Below are positions 10,601 through 23,800 of a stretch of 64,000 nt of DNA, in pieces. How positions within the stretch are numbered: position 1 is the stretch's first letter; each line of letters starts with the position of its first letter. Made by a program: the position numbers and the translations under genes. Origin of the DNA: Macrostomum lignano. Its lineage: Eukaryota. The DNA is taken from contig NIVC01000019.1 in assembly GCA_002269645.1 (NCBI GenBank), positions 1,054,001-1,118,000 of the forward strand, written 5' to 3'. The notes under the pieces were generated by a model. The model was not told where the DNA came from. It searched no databases and saw only the letters and a list, made by a program, of their open reading frames with translations.

Positions 10601-13600
10601 TAGGCTGGAATTCCGAGGAAGGCAATAAAATTGGGGCTGGGGAGTGTGGAAAGGCGCGGTTTGAGGGTTTCAGCTGGGGGGGTAAGAGTCAGTAAATGAG
10701 CCTTGATTTTAAAAATACATTAAAATGCTTCTGTTTAACTTACTACTGAACTAAAAGTAGCTTACACGCAAATGTGCTGAGTGGCCCATCTAGTTATTCT
10801 GTGGTTTTAACTTGGCGAATCTAACGTGTCTTTGAAGCCCATATTATTGCGGTATCAAACTTTTGGCACTTACAAAGAGCAACTCACCTCCAATTCCGTG
10901 TTATTATCGAATCGGCCGTCCAACAGCGGCTCCCAGATCTTGGCCAGGACGCCCTCCTTGGGCAGTGGCAGTACAATGCTGAGCTCGCGCAGTTTAGGCA
11001 GGCGTTGAAACGCTCCGATTTGAATGTACTGCACAATATTGCCGTCCAGTATGAGGCTGCGCAAATTCGGCATCGAGCCGAACGCGTCGTCTTCCAACTT
11101 TTTGAAATTGTTATTGGTTAGTTTGACCTCCTGCAGTGAGTCGCGAGTGACCTGCGGCAGGTCCGCCAGGTTCAGGTTGTCCAGCATGGCGCTGTCTATG
11201 GTCAGAGTTTGCAAGGACGGCAGGCGGCCCAGCCAGCTGCTGTTCAAGGTGCCAATTTTGCAGCCGCCGACAATGCTGAGCTCCTGTAGGCTGTTTGTTA
11301 AATGTGTTGGTTCTGTGAGTAAGATTTGCTGCACGCGAATTGAATGAGATTGTGGGACAGGTTTTAGTGTAGATTAATTTAGGAAAGGTTTCAGGTGGAT
11401 GGTTAATGATACACGGTTCACGATAGGGGGATACCGAAGCCCAATTTGTCATGATGAGCCAAGCAGCCCAGGCTCGATTCCAAGTGCAGTCACATTAATT
11501 TGGGGGGGGGGGTTAACCCCCAAGGCACAGTGAAGTGTACATGCCTAACGATAAATACAGTTAGGGCCGCTGTACACTCCTGTGTGAGTGTGTGCCTGTG
11601 AGTATGACTGCTCAGGGGAGTCGGCGGAATGGGCAGCAATGCCTCTCGCCGGTTGTGCGACAATGTCTCTTAAAGTGCGCCAGGGTGCACGCGCCCCCCT
11701 CCCGCCTTTAACTGGAAAAGTAAAACTGTGCTGACCGACTGACCTGTTCAACGAGGTTACGGGGGCTCCGCGCGGCATCGGGCAGCAGTTGATCAGCCTC
11801 AGCTGGACCAGCGATGGCAGGATGCCGTTCAACTCGATGGCACTGCCGCCGACTCTGTCCAGGGTGAGGCTTCGAATTCGAGCAGCAGTTGAGCTGGCTC
11901 GAATTGCCGACTTATCTGGCCAGCTGCTGAAGGTGACGTTGATCAGCGTCAGCCGAACGGTTGACTCGGACAGTCGCCTGTTGAACAGCTCCATTCCAGA
12001 CACGCTGCTGACGTCTCTGATGACGCAGTCAGCTTGACCAGGTTGGCATGTTGTGGGCTCGGCCGGTGCCAGCGGAGCTACCGATAGGAGCAAAACTAGG
12101 AGCAGATACGGGACTGGAACGCAGCTTTTAGCTGGCATTGTTTGGCTTTCGTGGGGCTGACGTCGGTTGCAGGCGTCGGATCTGGAAACGGAAAATTATG
12201 ATGCAGCAGTCAGGACGGATGATTGTTTTGCGTCCAAAGGCATGGTTTATGCTCGCACATGGTGCAATACTGTCACTGGCGCTTGGTATGAACTTGCAGC
12301 GAATGCAAAAAAGCATGACTCATCATACAGTGCAAGTTATGCATGTAGCCGGCAGTCACCGAAGTCAAGTCGTGAGTCGAACTAACTAACTGGGCGCCAG
12401 ATTTCTGTATTTTCCGTGGGACAGAACAGGGAAAGTGCAACGCACTGCAGCGCGTGGCAACACGTAGCAAATGTTGCAATAGAGAATTTGTTTGCTTGCT
12501 CTGCTGCACACAAAATACATTAATTCATTGGCTCATACATATGTATGCAGCTAATTTCTGCGATTTGGCCTCCTATTAAAGAGATATGTTTGTATACTTA
12601 GTATATACTGCATCTGCATATAGAAATTATACTAATTAATTGCAAATAGTGCTGCTGAGAGGTGAGCAGAGGAGAGCAGAGGAGAGCAGAGCAGAGGAGA
12701 GGAGAGGAGAGGAGATGAGAGGAGAGGAGAGGAGAGGAGATGAGAGGAGAGGAGAGGAGAGGAGAGGAGAGGAGAGGAGGAGAGGAGATGAGAGGAGAGG
12801 AGAGGAGAGGAGGAGAGGAGGAGAGGAGATGAGAGGAGAGGAGAGGAGAGGAGAGGAGGAGAGGAGATGAGAGGAGAGGAGAGGAGAGGAGAGGAGAGGA
12901 GAGGAGGAGAGGAGATGAGAGGAGAGGAGAGGAGAGGAGAGGAGAGGAGCGGAGGTGAGGGGAGGAGAGGGGAGGAGAGGAGAGGAGAGGAGAGGAGGAG
13001 AGGAGAGGAGAGGAGAGGAGAGGAGAGGAGAGGAGAGGAGAGGAGAGGAGAGGAGAGCAGAGCAGAGGAGGAGAGGATAGGAGATGAGAGGAGAGGAGAG
13101 GGAGGAGAGGAGAGGAGAGGAGATGAGAGGAGAGGAGATGAGAGGAGAGCAGAGGAGAGGAGGAGAGGAGAGGAGAGGAGAGGAGAGGAGAGGAGAGGGG
13201 AGGAGAGGAGAGGAGAGAAGGAAAGGGGAGAGGCGAAATCTGGCTTTTTACTTACCGAGAGCAATTGAAAACTCAATAATAATATTTGCTATCTTAGATA
13301 AGATATTTTCTCAATTGTCTCGTCCATGCTGCGCCTGTTGCATCTGTCCTACTAGAAGCCTGTCAAGCCGGTCTTCTTTTATTCTTTGTCTTCTCCCCTT
13401 TGCTCCGCCTGGCTATTCGTTTTGTAAATTGAAATGATCACTAACTAAATAATAGGTAAGGCTAGCTATCAGTATAGCTCGCTAGCACTGCATACGTATT
13501 CTGTTAACAGTAGAGCTGTGACCTGACAGTCTGGTCTATCTATATAGGTAGGCTATGCACACACTTCTCCCTCTCTCCTTGTCAGTCACTACTGAGCTGA

Positions 13601-15706
13601 GCTTATCTTGCCAATTATTTATATCTCTATCTATAGCAGCCGCTAGACCTAAATGAGCATAGCTAATAATAATATATAGCCAAGCTGAATAGCCTCTTCT
13701 TCATAGCTTGCTGGAATGCTCAGTGCTAATAAATGTTCTGCTTGTAAAAGGTGGCGGCAGGCCGGCAGCACAGCAGACTCACTCACCCAAGCCTCTCCTT
13801 GTAACTGCCGCAGTCGCCTAAGAGCTGAACGAGAGGCCGAGGCTGATGGATGGATAGCTCGGGGTTGTTTTGCGCCTTTGCCTGCCTGCCTGTCTGCCCT
13901 CGCAGTCGGCGTTTTCCTTGTTAACCTTTTTTGCGTCCCGTGCTGCTGGATTGGATTGGGGTTCTCCTGTATAATATGATTCTTATAGACGGCGGGCGTG
14001 AGGGGGTGGCTGGGGGCCTGCGTGCCAGACAGACAGACACAACTTCGGTATTGGGGCTAAATACAGAGAGTGAGGAGGGAGAGGCCCAGGTCTTGTGCGT
14101 GCTATGTCTGGGCGGGCGGAAAGTCTGGGGTTGGCGCCGCCAAGACCAAAAGCAGAATTATTATTTAAAGCTACTAAACCCAACTGTTCAAAGGAAGCTT
14201 TGTCCGCTCTATCCCTTCCCCTTCTCCCATTCTCTCCCCCCAACTTGGCTTGTGTCTTTGGGAGGGGGTGGGATTGGGGCGCTTGGGAAGACGCGATTTC
14301 CTTTCCTCACCCCCCTGTCCCCTTCACCCCACCCTCCTCTGTGCGTAAATCCTTTCAAGGAGATTTTACAAACATAATTCTGGAGTTACATAGCCATCCA
14401 TTCCATTGCATCCATATAGCCAATGTCACGGTGGTATAGTCTGGCCCCAGGTATGAGTTTAGTAACCAGTTTAGCGCTGTAGGCTCATGAGTTTAGCGCC
14501 AGTTTAGCGCCAGTTTTAGCTCGGCAGGCCCATGAGTTTAGTGCCAGTTTAAGCTCGGCAGGCCCATGAGTTTAGTGCCAGTTTAAGCTCGGCAGGCCCA
14601 TGAGTTTAGTGCCAGTTTAAGCTCGGCAGGCCCATGAGTTTAGCGCCAGTTTAAGCTCGGCAGGCCCATGAGTTTAGCTCCAGTTTTAGCTCCAGTTTAT
14701 CGCCAGTTTAGCTTCACAGGCTCATGAGTTTATCGCCAGTTTAAGCTACGCAGGCTCATGAGTTTAGGGCCAGTTTAGCTTCACAGACTCATGAGTTTAG
14801 CGCCAGTTTAAGCTTCGCAGGCTCATGAGTTTAGCGCCAGTTTAGCTTCACAGACTCATGAGTTTAGGGCCAGTTTAGCTTCACAGACTCATGAGTTTAG
14901 CGCCAGTTTAAGCTTCGCAGGCTCATGAGTTTAGCGCCAGTTTAGCTTCACAGGCTCATGAGTTTAGCGCCAGTTTAGCTTCACAGACTCATGAGTTTAG
15001 CTTTATTGAGCTTTAAAATGGGGTGGGGCAAGATTGTAACAAAATCAGTTTGATGACTTAAGTTGTCTGACTATGGGGAATTCAACACTGCGTTGTTGCT
15101 CTCCAAATTTTGCTTCTGGTTCTCCTTGATCCTTTCCAACCCCGCAACTGGGGAGCTGGGGAGGGCAGGCGAGTGACTCACCAGGGTTGCCCCTCAGACT
15201 TTAGCTGGAGAGAGAAGGGTGGGGGGGGGGGGCAGGAGGCCCCCGGTGCGGAATTTCTTCAAAGAAATCTCTCTTTATACTTCCCTAAAGGGCTAGAAGC
15301 GGTCGGTCCTTTTTTAAGGCTAAGGAAAATAAGGAAACTGAAGATTCTGCAAGTTTGTCCGCTCTCTGTGCCGGCGGGGAAATTTCTATACTTTTCATCC
15401 TGCCCTCGGCGAATATTAATAGAGAAAGCAGCAGACGAAAGTTGCAGAAGTGCCAGAGACCTGACCAATTTGTCATCCCATCCCCTAGCAGGGGGTTCGA
15501 ATCTCCTGTACTCAAGCGGCGCCGCGTCTCCCAATAAATTTGTCCCAATTTTGGACAGAGGGGATTGAGACATTCGATTATAGTGGGGCGGCGGGTGGAG
15601 TTGGGATGGACGAGTCAGCTAAGCTCGGCTGAGTCACTTGCTGCTCAGGCTGCCGCTCCAATGGACTTTGGCTTCGACTCTTGTTGTCTGTGCTTATCTA
15701 TCTGTG

Positions 15707-15765
<59 letters not shown>

Positions 15766-15784
15766 GTGTCTGTCTGTCTGTCTG

Positions 15785-15865
<81 letters not shown>

Positions 15866-17654
15866 CCCAGTCCCAGCGGCATACGGTATCCGTCTGATAT
15901 AGTATCAGTCTAACCAGCCACTCCCGCCTGCATCGCTAATAGGAATACTGAAATCCGGAATGTCCAACAGCCCAGCCAGTCCTCCCAAAAGCCGGCCTCC
16001 ACACGCGCAGTTTCCCTGTTCTGTTTTGACTGTCCCGTCTTGCATTATCTGGCCGGGTCCCCCAGGATTCCCCCAGTCTGACCGCAGCAAACACACGGCT
16101 ACCCGACTCTGATCTCCCCGCCCCAACGCCCCCGGCCATGAGCCGGCGCGGCCTCAATAAAACACGACCCCCTGCTAGATTAATTGCTGACTGTCCGGTC
16201 CGCCTGCTTATACCATACCGCATGTGAGGCAGCGACAGTGGGACCAACTTCAGAGAATACCGACATTGATTCTGTTATATTGCAATCACTTCTGCTGAGA
16301 ATGCGGGCGGTGGTAGGGGAAGGTGCTCAATCTTCCTGCTCAAATCTCCCATTGTATCTATTAAGCCCGTCTCGTGCGTGTCGGCGCCTTTGTTGGTTTC
16401 AGTGTTAGAAAACAGAGAAAATAATTTATATATTCTCCTCCCAGTCAATGGGGTTGTCTGTCTGTCGTCTGCCCTGTAAAATGAGCTGCCTCTGCTGCAG
16501 AATTTATTTTGGCTGCGTCATTGCTTCCTAATTTATATGGACTGATCTTTTCCGCTGTGAAAAATCAGATAGACTGAGAGTGAGAAGTAGAGTGAGAGTG
16601 AGAGGTAAGAGTGAGAGTGAGAGGTAAGAGTGAGAGGGAGAGGGAGAGGGAGAGTGAGGGTGAGAGGGAGAGGGAGAGAGAGAGAGGGGGGAAGGGAGGG
16701 GGAGAGAGAGAGAGGGGGGAAGGGAGAGTGAGAGTGAGAGTGAGAGTGAGAGAGCGAGTGAGAGTGAGATGGAGCGGGATAGTAAGAGGGAGAGGGAGAG
16801 TGAGGGTGAGAGGGAGAGGGAGAGTGAGGGTGAGAGGGAGAGGGAGAGTGAGAGGGAGAGGGAGAGTGAGGGTGAGAGTGAGAGGGAGAGTGAGAGCGAT
16901 AGGGAGAGTGAGAATGAGAATGAGAGGGAGAGTGAGAGGGAGATGGAGAGGGATAGTAAGAGGGAGAGGGAGAGTGAGAGTGAGAGTGAGAGGTAGAAGG
17001 AGAGCATATGACTATCCCTCACCCTCTGAGAGTGGGAAGTTAGAAGCGAGCCGTCCAAACAGACCGGGAGAAATGTGGCGTTGATCCCCTCAAACGAAAA
17101 CCGCAGTTCGGATGGCATATTATTCACTCAACACTTGCACCTTGGCTCCCAATGGGAAGTTGGATCGCAGTGAAGGGTCAGATCGACAGTTCCGATAACC
17201 TCAATTTGGTAGCAGCGTCACCGCTTGCGCAGTTGCAGCTCCTCAGTTACACAAAATTAATTTTTGTCCTTATCGTTCAACAGAATCATCGGGTTTACTG
17301 CCGGCACTAAACTGCTGTGCAAGTCTCTGCGCGGACAGCTGCATCCGGGTCTGAAAGCTGTAAAAATGCTGGTGCTGCTACTTGCTTCAACCATCTCTCT
17401 CCCTCTCTCTCATGGTCAGGTGTGCCCAGCTCATTACCTGCAGAAAAACAAACCAGTTAAAATACGTGTAAAATTTTCGATGATCTGTTCGGCAAGATTA
17501 GCGCACAGTTTACTGCATCATTTTTGCTGGAGCTTTTAACCGCTGCTGCGTTGCGTTATTTTCCAGGGGCTTTGGGCTCTTTAGGTGTTGGGCTCTTGCA
17601 CCGGCTGTGGCCGCTTCTTAAGCCCCGCTCCATTCCATTTACGCCCTCTCCATC

Positions 17655-17724
<70 letters not shown>

Positions 17725-17807
17725 TCACCCTCACTCTCCCTCTCCCTCTCACTCTCGCTCCCTCTCCCTCTCCCTCTCCCTCTCACCCTCACTCTCCCTC
17801 TCCCTCT

Positions 17808-17852
<45 letters not shown>

Positions 17853-20800
17853 TCCCTCTCCTTCTCCCTCTCCCTCTCCCTCTCCCTCTCCCTCTCTCTC
17901 CCTCTCCCTCTCTCCCTCTCTCCCTCTCTCCCCTCTCCCTCTCTCTCTCTACCTCTCTCCCTCTCTCCCTCTCTCTCTCTAACTCTCTCCCTCTCCCTCT
18001 CCTTCTCCCTCTCCCTCTCTCTTTCCCTCTCCCTCTCCCTTTCCCTCTCCCTCTCCCTTTCCCTCTCCCTCTCCCTCTCCCTCTTCCTCTCCCTCTCCCT
18101 CTCCCTCTCACTCTCCCTCTCCCCTCTCTCTCTCTCTCTCTCTCTCTCCCTCTCCCTCTCCTTCTCCCTCTCCCTCTCCCTCTCCCTCTCCCTCTCCCTT
18201 TCCCTCTCACTCTCCCTTTCCCTCTCCCTCTCCCTCTCCCTCTTCCTCTCCCTCTCCCTCTCACTCTCGCTCTCCCTCTCACTCTCACTCTCCCTCTCCC
18301 TCTCCCTCTCCCTCTCCCTCTCCCTCTCCCTCTCCCTCTCCTCTCCCTCTCCCTCTCCCTTTCCCTCTCCCTCTCCCTCTCCCTCTCCCTCTCCCTTTGC
18401 CTCTCCCTTTCCCTCTCCTCTCCCTCTCCCTCTCCCTCTCACTCTCACTCTCCCTCTCGCTCTCCCTCTCACTCTCACTCTCCCTCTCCCTCTCCCTCTG
18501 CCTCTCCCTCTCCCTCTGCCTCTCCCTTTCCCTCTTCCTCTCCCTCTCCCTCTTCCTCTCCCTCTCCCTCTCTCCCCCTCTCCCTCTCTCTCCCTCTCCC
18601 TCTCTCCCTCTCTCCCTCTCTCCCCTCTCCCTCTCTCTCTCTACCTCTCTCCCTCTCTCCCTCTCTCTCTCTAACTCTCTCCCTATCTTCCACTCACACT
18701 CCCTCTCTCATTCTCACCTGTCTCTCCCTCGCACTCTTCCTTTTTCCATGTTTAATTTTCACTCCTTAATGAATATCTTGCCTCCTTCCCTTTGTTCATC
18801 TCTCTGTGCCCGTATCAACTAACTTTTTCAATGCGAAGAAACTTTCCATATTTGCTTTGTTAAACTTCTAATTCAATTGGCAAGAAAACACAATATGTGC
18901 CGCAGACCGGAAGGCATGCCGTAGATGGCGCATCGGCAATGCGTTTTCCTGCACTGTGCCGCAAACTTTCATCGCGGCTCCCACGGTGCGGGGGGGGGAG
19001 GCTTGAACGTCGGGACTTGACGCTCGGGCTTGAAGCAACAAACGGTCCCGCTCCGGACCGGGCCTGATCCCTAGGCCTGTCAGTTCCGCGAGAGGCTTTG
19101 ATGCATCGTTTTTCGGATTCTTGCTATCGTTTTTGCTTCAAGCTTTTTTGTCTATCCGCCGTATACAGTGCTGCTTCTGCTGCGCTGGACTGCGCTGGCC
19201 TGTGTAGAATCTCCGAAATTCATCTTTATGATTCCCGCGACTGACAAATTGCTGCTAGCGGCAAACAGCAAAGTTTTCCAAGCTGGAATTTGTTTGCCTC
19301 TGCCCGGTTTCCCATATGATTCTGCCTGCTGCTGCCTGGTGTTTCACTGTCCACGCACTGAGCTCTTTCACTGTCTCTGTTTCACCGCTCTTTCTCACCC
19401 CTCTGTCTCACCCCTCTGTCTCACCCCTCTGTCTCACCCATCTGTCTCACCCCTCTGTCTCACCCCTCTGTCTCACCCCTCTGTCTCACCCCTCTGTCTC
19501 ACCCCTCTGTCTCACCCCTCTGTCTCACCCCTCTGTCTCACCCATCTGTCTCACCCCGCTCTGTCTCACCCCTCTCTCTCACCCCTCTGTCTCACCACTC
19601 TCTCTCACTCCTCTTTGTTTGACCCCTCTCTCTCACCCCTCTGTCTCACCACTCTCTCTCATTCCTCTTTGTTTCACCCCTCTCTCTCACCCCTCTCTCT
19701 CACCCCACTGTCTCACACCTCTCTCTCTCACCCCACTGTCTCACCCCTCTCTCTCTCACCCCTCTCTCTCACCCCTCTCTGTCTCACCCCTCTCCCTCAC
19801 CCCTCTCTGTCAAACCCCTCTGTCTCGCCCTCTCTCTCTCTCCTTCCAATCTCCTTCTCTCCCTCTGTCTCCACTCTACCCAAGCCTCTCAATTCCTTCG
19901 TCAGGGATTTCTCAGCCATCTACTAAGACCATCTTTCAATCCAGTAGTTTGTCTCCACCCTCTAATACTGCATGCTTATCTCTCTCTACCGATCAACTGA
20001 CGGGTAACAAGCATAGTGTGGTTTCTGACAAGTCAAAGTCTGACATAAACTCTGATGCCGCCCCCGATGTCCGGAAAATGTCTGTTGCGACTGGCAGACA
20101 GCAGAAGATATTGTGGGCACTGACTTATAAACAGACAAATATCAAGTTTGGTATTGGCGACGGTGCACCAGCAAGTGCTTATTTAGCCGAGAGGGGCTGC
20201 GTCATGCCGACCATAAAATTGGCCATTTATTGCCAGCAGAGCTGAGAAGGGCTACTTAATAGCCGCAGCTAGGCTTCAGTGCACGCAGCCATATACTCCT
20301 ATAGACTCACTCGCTGCTTTAATCTCACTTTATAACTCTTTTTGTTATATTAGTGCTGTCCTAGCTTTTTATGTCTGCTAGATCCAATTCATGTGTTTCA
20401 TTTGGTTCTGCTATTGCACTGCCTAGCCATTTCCCCGATCTATCCTTCTCTATCTCACACCTATCTCCTATCTCACACCTATCTCCTATCTCCTATCTCA
20501 CACCTATCTCCTATCTCACACCTATCTCCTATCTCACACCTATCTCCTATCTCACACCTATCTCCTATCTCCTATCTCACACCTATCTCCTATCTCACAC
20601 CTATCTCCTATCTCACACCTATCTCCTATCTCGCACCTATCTCCTATCTCCTATCTCACACCTATCTCCTATCTCACACCTATCTCCTATCTCCTATCTC
20701 ACACCTATCTCCTATCTCACACCTATCTCCTATCTCACACCTATCTCCTATCTCGCACCTATCTCCTATCTCCTATCTCACACCTATCTCCTATCTCACA

Positions 20801-23800
20801 CCTATCTCCTATCTCACACCTATCTCCAATCTCACACCTATCTCCTATCTCACACCTATCTCCTATCTCACACCTATCTCCTATCTCCTATCTCACATCT
20901 TTCTCCTATCTCCTATCTCACATCTATCTCCTATCTCCTATCTCACACCTATCTCCTATCTCACACCTATCTCCTATCTGACACCTATCTCCTATCTCAC
21001 ATCTATCTCCTATCTCACATCTATCTCCTATCTCACATCTATCTCCTATCTTGCATCTATCTTCTATCTCGCAATCTATATCCTATTTGAGATCTGTCTT
21101 CTATCTCAAATCCATCTCGAAGATATATCTATTCGTCTACTATGTATCTATTCGCTATCTATATATCTATTATCTATCCTTCTATCTACTATCTATCTAT
21201 CTATATATCTACTATCCATCTGCTATTATTCTACCTTAAACTACCAGTGTACCAACAAACTAACCCAGCTCTCATAATGCGGGTTAGATGTCTACAATAC
21301 ATTGCATTCGCCTACAATAGCTCTGTATCCATCCAATCTTCGTAGTTCCCCTTCGTTCAAAGTTGGCCGGCCGGCAGTCGATCTGGCCGGGTTTCCGCGT
21401 ATGAATTCAGTTTGCAATATTAATCTTGCTAGCGTGTAATGTATTTGATCCCCCAATGCCCCCGGTCTCTCACCCAATCTTTTCCCAATTGCAAGGCCGC
21501 AAAGAGGTGCCGCCGCAATTGCAATCAATCCATCCCGAAGCCCTGCTTTATCTCCTGGCCCTTCAAAATCCCATGCAGCTTCTAACGGCGATATATTTAG
21601 AGGGAGAGATGGAGCGGAGATTGCGTTTGCGATTCTGCATGCTGCATTCTGAAGCAGTTTTATAATTGGCAGGTGAAGCAGAAAGCAGAGGAGGCCTTCC
21701 AGCCTCTCTCTCGGATTCTCTGTCAGGTTTCTGTTTTGGGCTCCGGCCATTTCCCCTTTTCCCTTACTAGTAAATACATTTTCCTGCCTGCCAAGCTTAT
21801 ATAGATGGGGCATCCGGTTTCTGGGGGTTTGAAAGGCTTGAAGAAGAAGAATTCTGCAGCTTGGGCTGCACAATGTCTGCCCCGAGTTCGGCCAAACCAG
21901 CCTCTTCCCTTCATCCAGTTTGGTGCCGTTAATCTGACCAGCGAGGGAGGGGCCACTGCTGCTCTATCTGTCTGCCATGACTAATGCTGCACGCCTGAGA
22001 GCTGTCATCAGTCGCGTCACGCATTCGCCTGGGCACTGCCCGCGGCCCAACCCCCACCCTCCACCCCGGATGCGAGAGCAAGTAGCCTCCATGGTTGATT
22101 GAGCAATTCAAGGTCAATTTATGCAACTTGGCCTGAAATCTAATATGCTATATTATTTGCATTTATATCATACGAGGCTACTGTTAGTAATACTTGTAGT
22201 TGCTGCATTAACTAGTTTAGAGTCGTTAACCTTTAAGATAATTTTCTTGCGGCAATTTTATTCGTACCCACTGTAAACGTACGGGCGTACACTCGTATAA
22301 CTACCTATACCATACACTCCATCTTTACATCCTTCCCTACTTCCTTCCCTACCACCTATTCTACACTCAACCCTAAACTCAACCCTACACCCAACCCTAA
22401 ACTCGACCCTACACTCAACCCTACACTCAACCCTAAACTGAACCCTACACCCAACTCGACACTCAACCCTACACCCAACCCTACACTCAACCCTACACTC
22501 AACCCTAAACTCGACCCTACACTCAATCCTAAACTCAGCCCTAAACTCGACCTCTACACTCAACCCTACACCCAACTCGACACCCAACCCTACACTCAAC
22601 CCTACACTCAACCCTACACTCAACCCTACACTCAACCCTACACCCAACCCTACACCCAACCCTACACTCAACCCTACACTCAACCCTACACCCAACCCTA
22701 CACTCAACCCTACACTCAACCCTACACTCAACCCTACACCCAACTCGACACCCAACCCTACACTCAACCCTACACTCAACCCTACACCCAACCCTACACT
22801 CAACCCTACACTCAACGCTAAACTCGACCCTACACTCAACCCTAAACTCAACCCTACACTCAACGCTAAACTCGACCCTACACTCAACCCTACACCCAAC
22901 CCTACACTCAACCCTACACTCAACCCTACACTCAACTCTACACTCAACCCTACACTCAACCCTACACTCAACCCTACACTCAACCCTACACTCAACCCTA
23001 CACTCAACCCTACACTCAACCCTACACTCAACCCTACACTCAACCCTACACCCAACTCGACACCCAACCCTACACTCAACCCTACACTCAACCCTACACC
23101 CAACCCTACACTTAACCCTACACTCAACGCTAAACTCGACCCTACACTCAACCCTAAACTCAACCCTACACTCAACGCTAAACTCGACCCTACACTCAAC
23201 CCTACACCCAACCCTACACTCAACCCTACACTCAACCCTACACTCAGCTCTACACTCAACCCTACACTCAACCCTACACTCAACCCTACACTCAACCCTA
23301 CACTCAACCCTACACTCAACCCTACACTCAACCCTACACTCAACCCTACACCCAACCCTACACTGTGCACCTAACCTTACATATAAACTTTTAACCTTAA
23401 GGCTTAAAAATGAATGCTAACCTAAAAGACTGCTACATCATGTACGAGTATAATAAAGACCCCAGTTTCAATTCTGCTTCATCTGCTTTCCCGAATGGCC
23501 CAGGCAAAGTCTACGAGTACTGCTGCTTTGGATACTGCATCGACCTGCTGCGGAGGCTCGCCAATTCCACGCCGTTCAACTACAATCTGTATCTGGTGTC
23601 AGACGGCACCATTGGCAATAAGGAGACTGTGAGTGGCATCGCCATTTCAGAAAATCGCCCTTCCAAAAAATCGCCCCTACTTAAAAGAATCGCCCTTCCA
23701 AAGAATCGCCCTTCCAAAGAATCGCCCTTCCAAAGAATCGCCCTTCCAAAGAATCGCCCTTCCAAAGAATCGCCCTTCCAAAGAATCGCCCTTCCAAAGA

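Noticed and set aside
15470-15515. GGGTTCGAATC B-box-like motif as a tRNA gene
   Set aside because: No A box, acceptor stem or cloverleaf could be built.
12632-18822. Low-complexity ORFs (poly-SL, RE, GR, LS)
   Set aside because: Translations of GA/CT/TGTC microsatellites.
22335-23365. Interstitial telomeric repeat
   Set aside because: Unit is 12 bp (CAACCCTACACT) with only occasional CCCTAA; not (TTAGGG)n.
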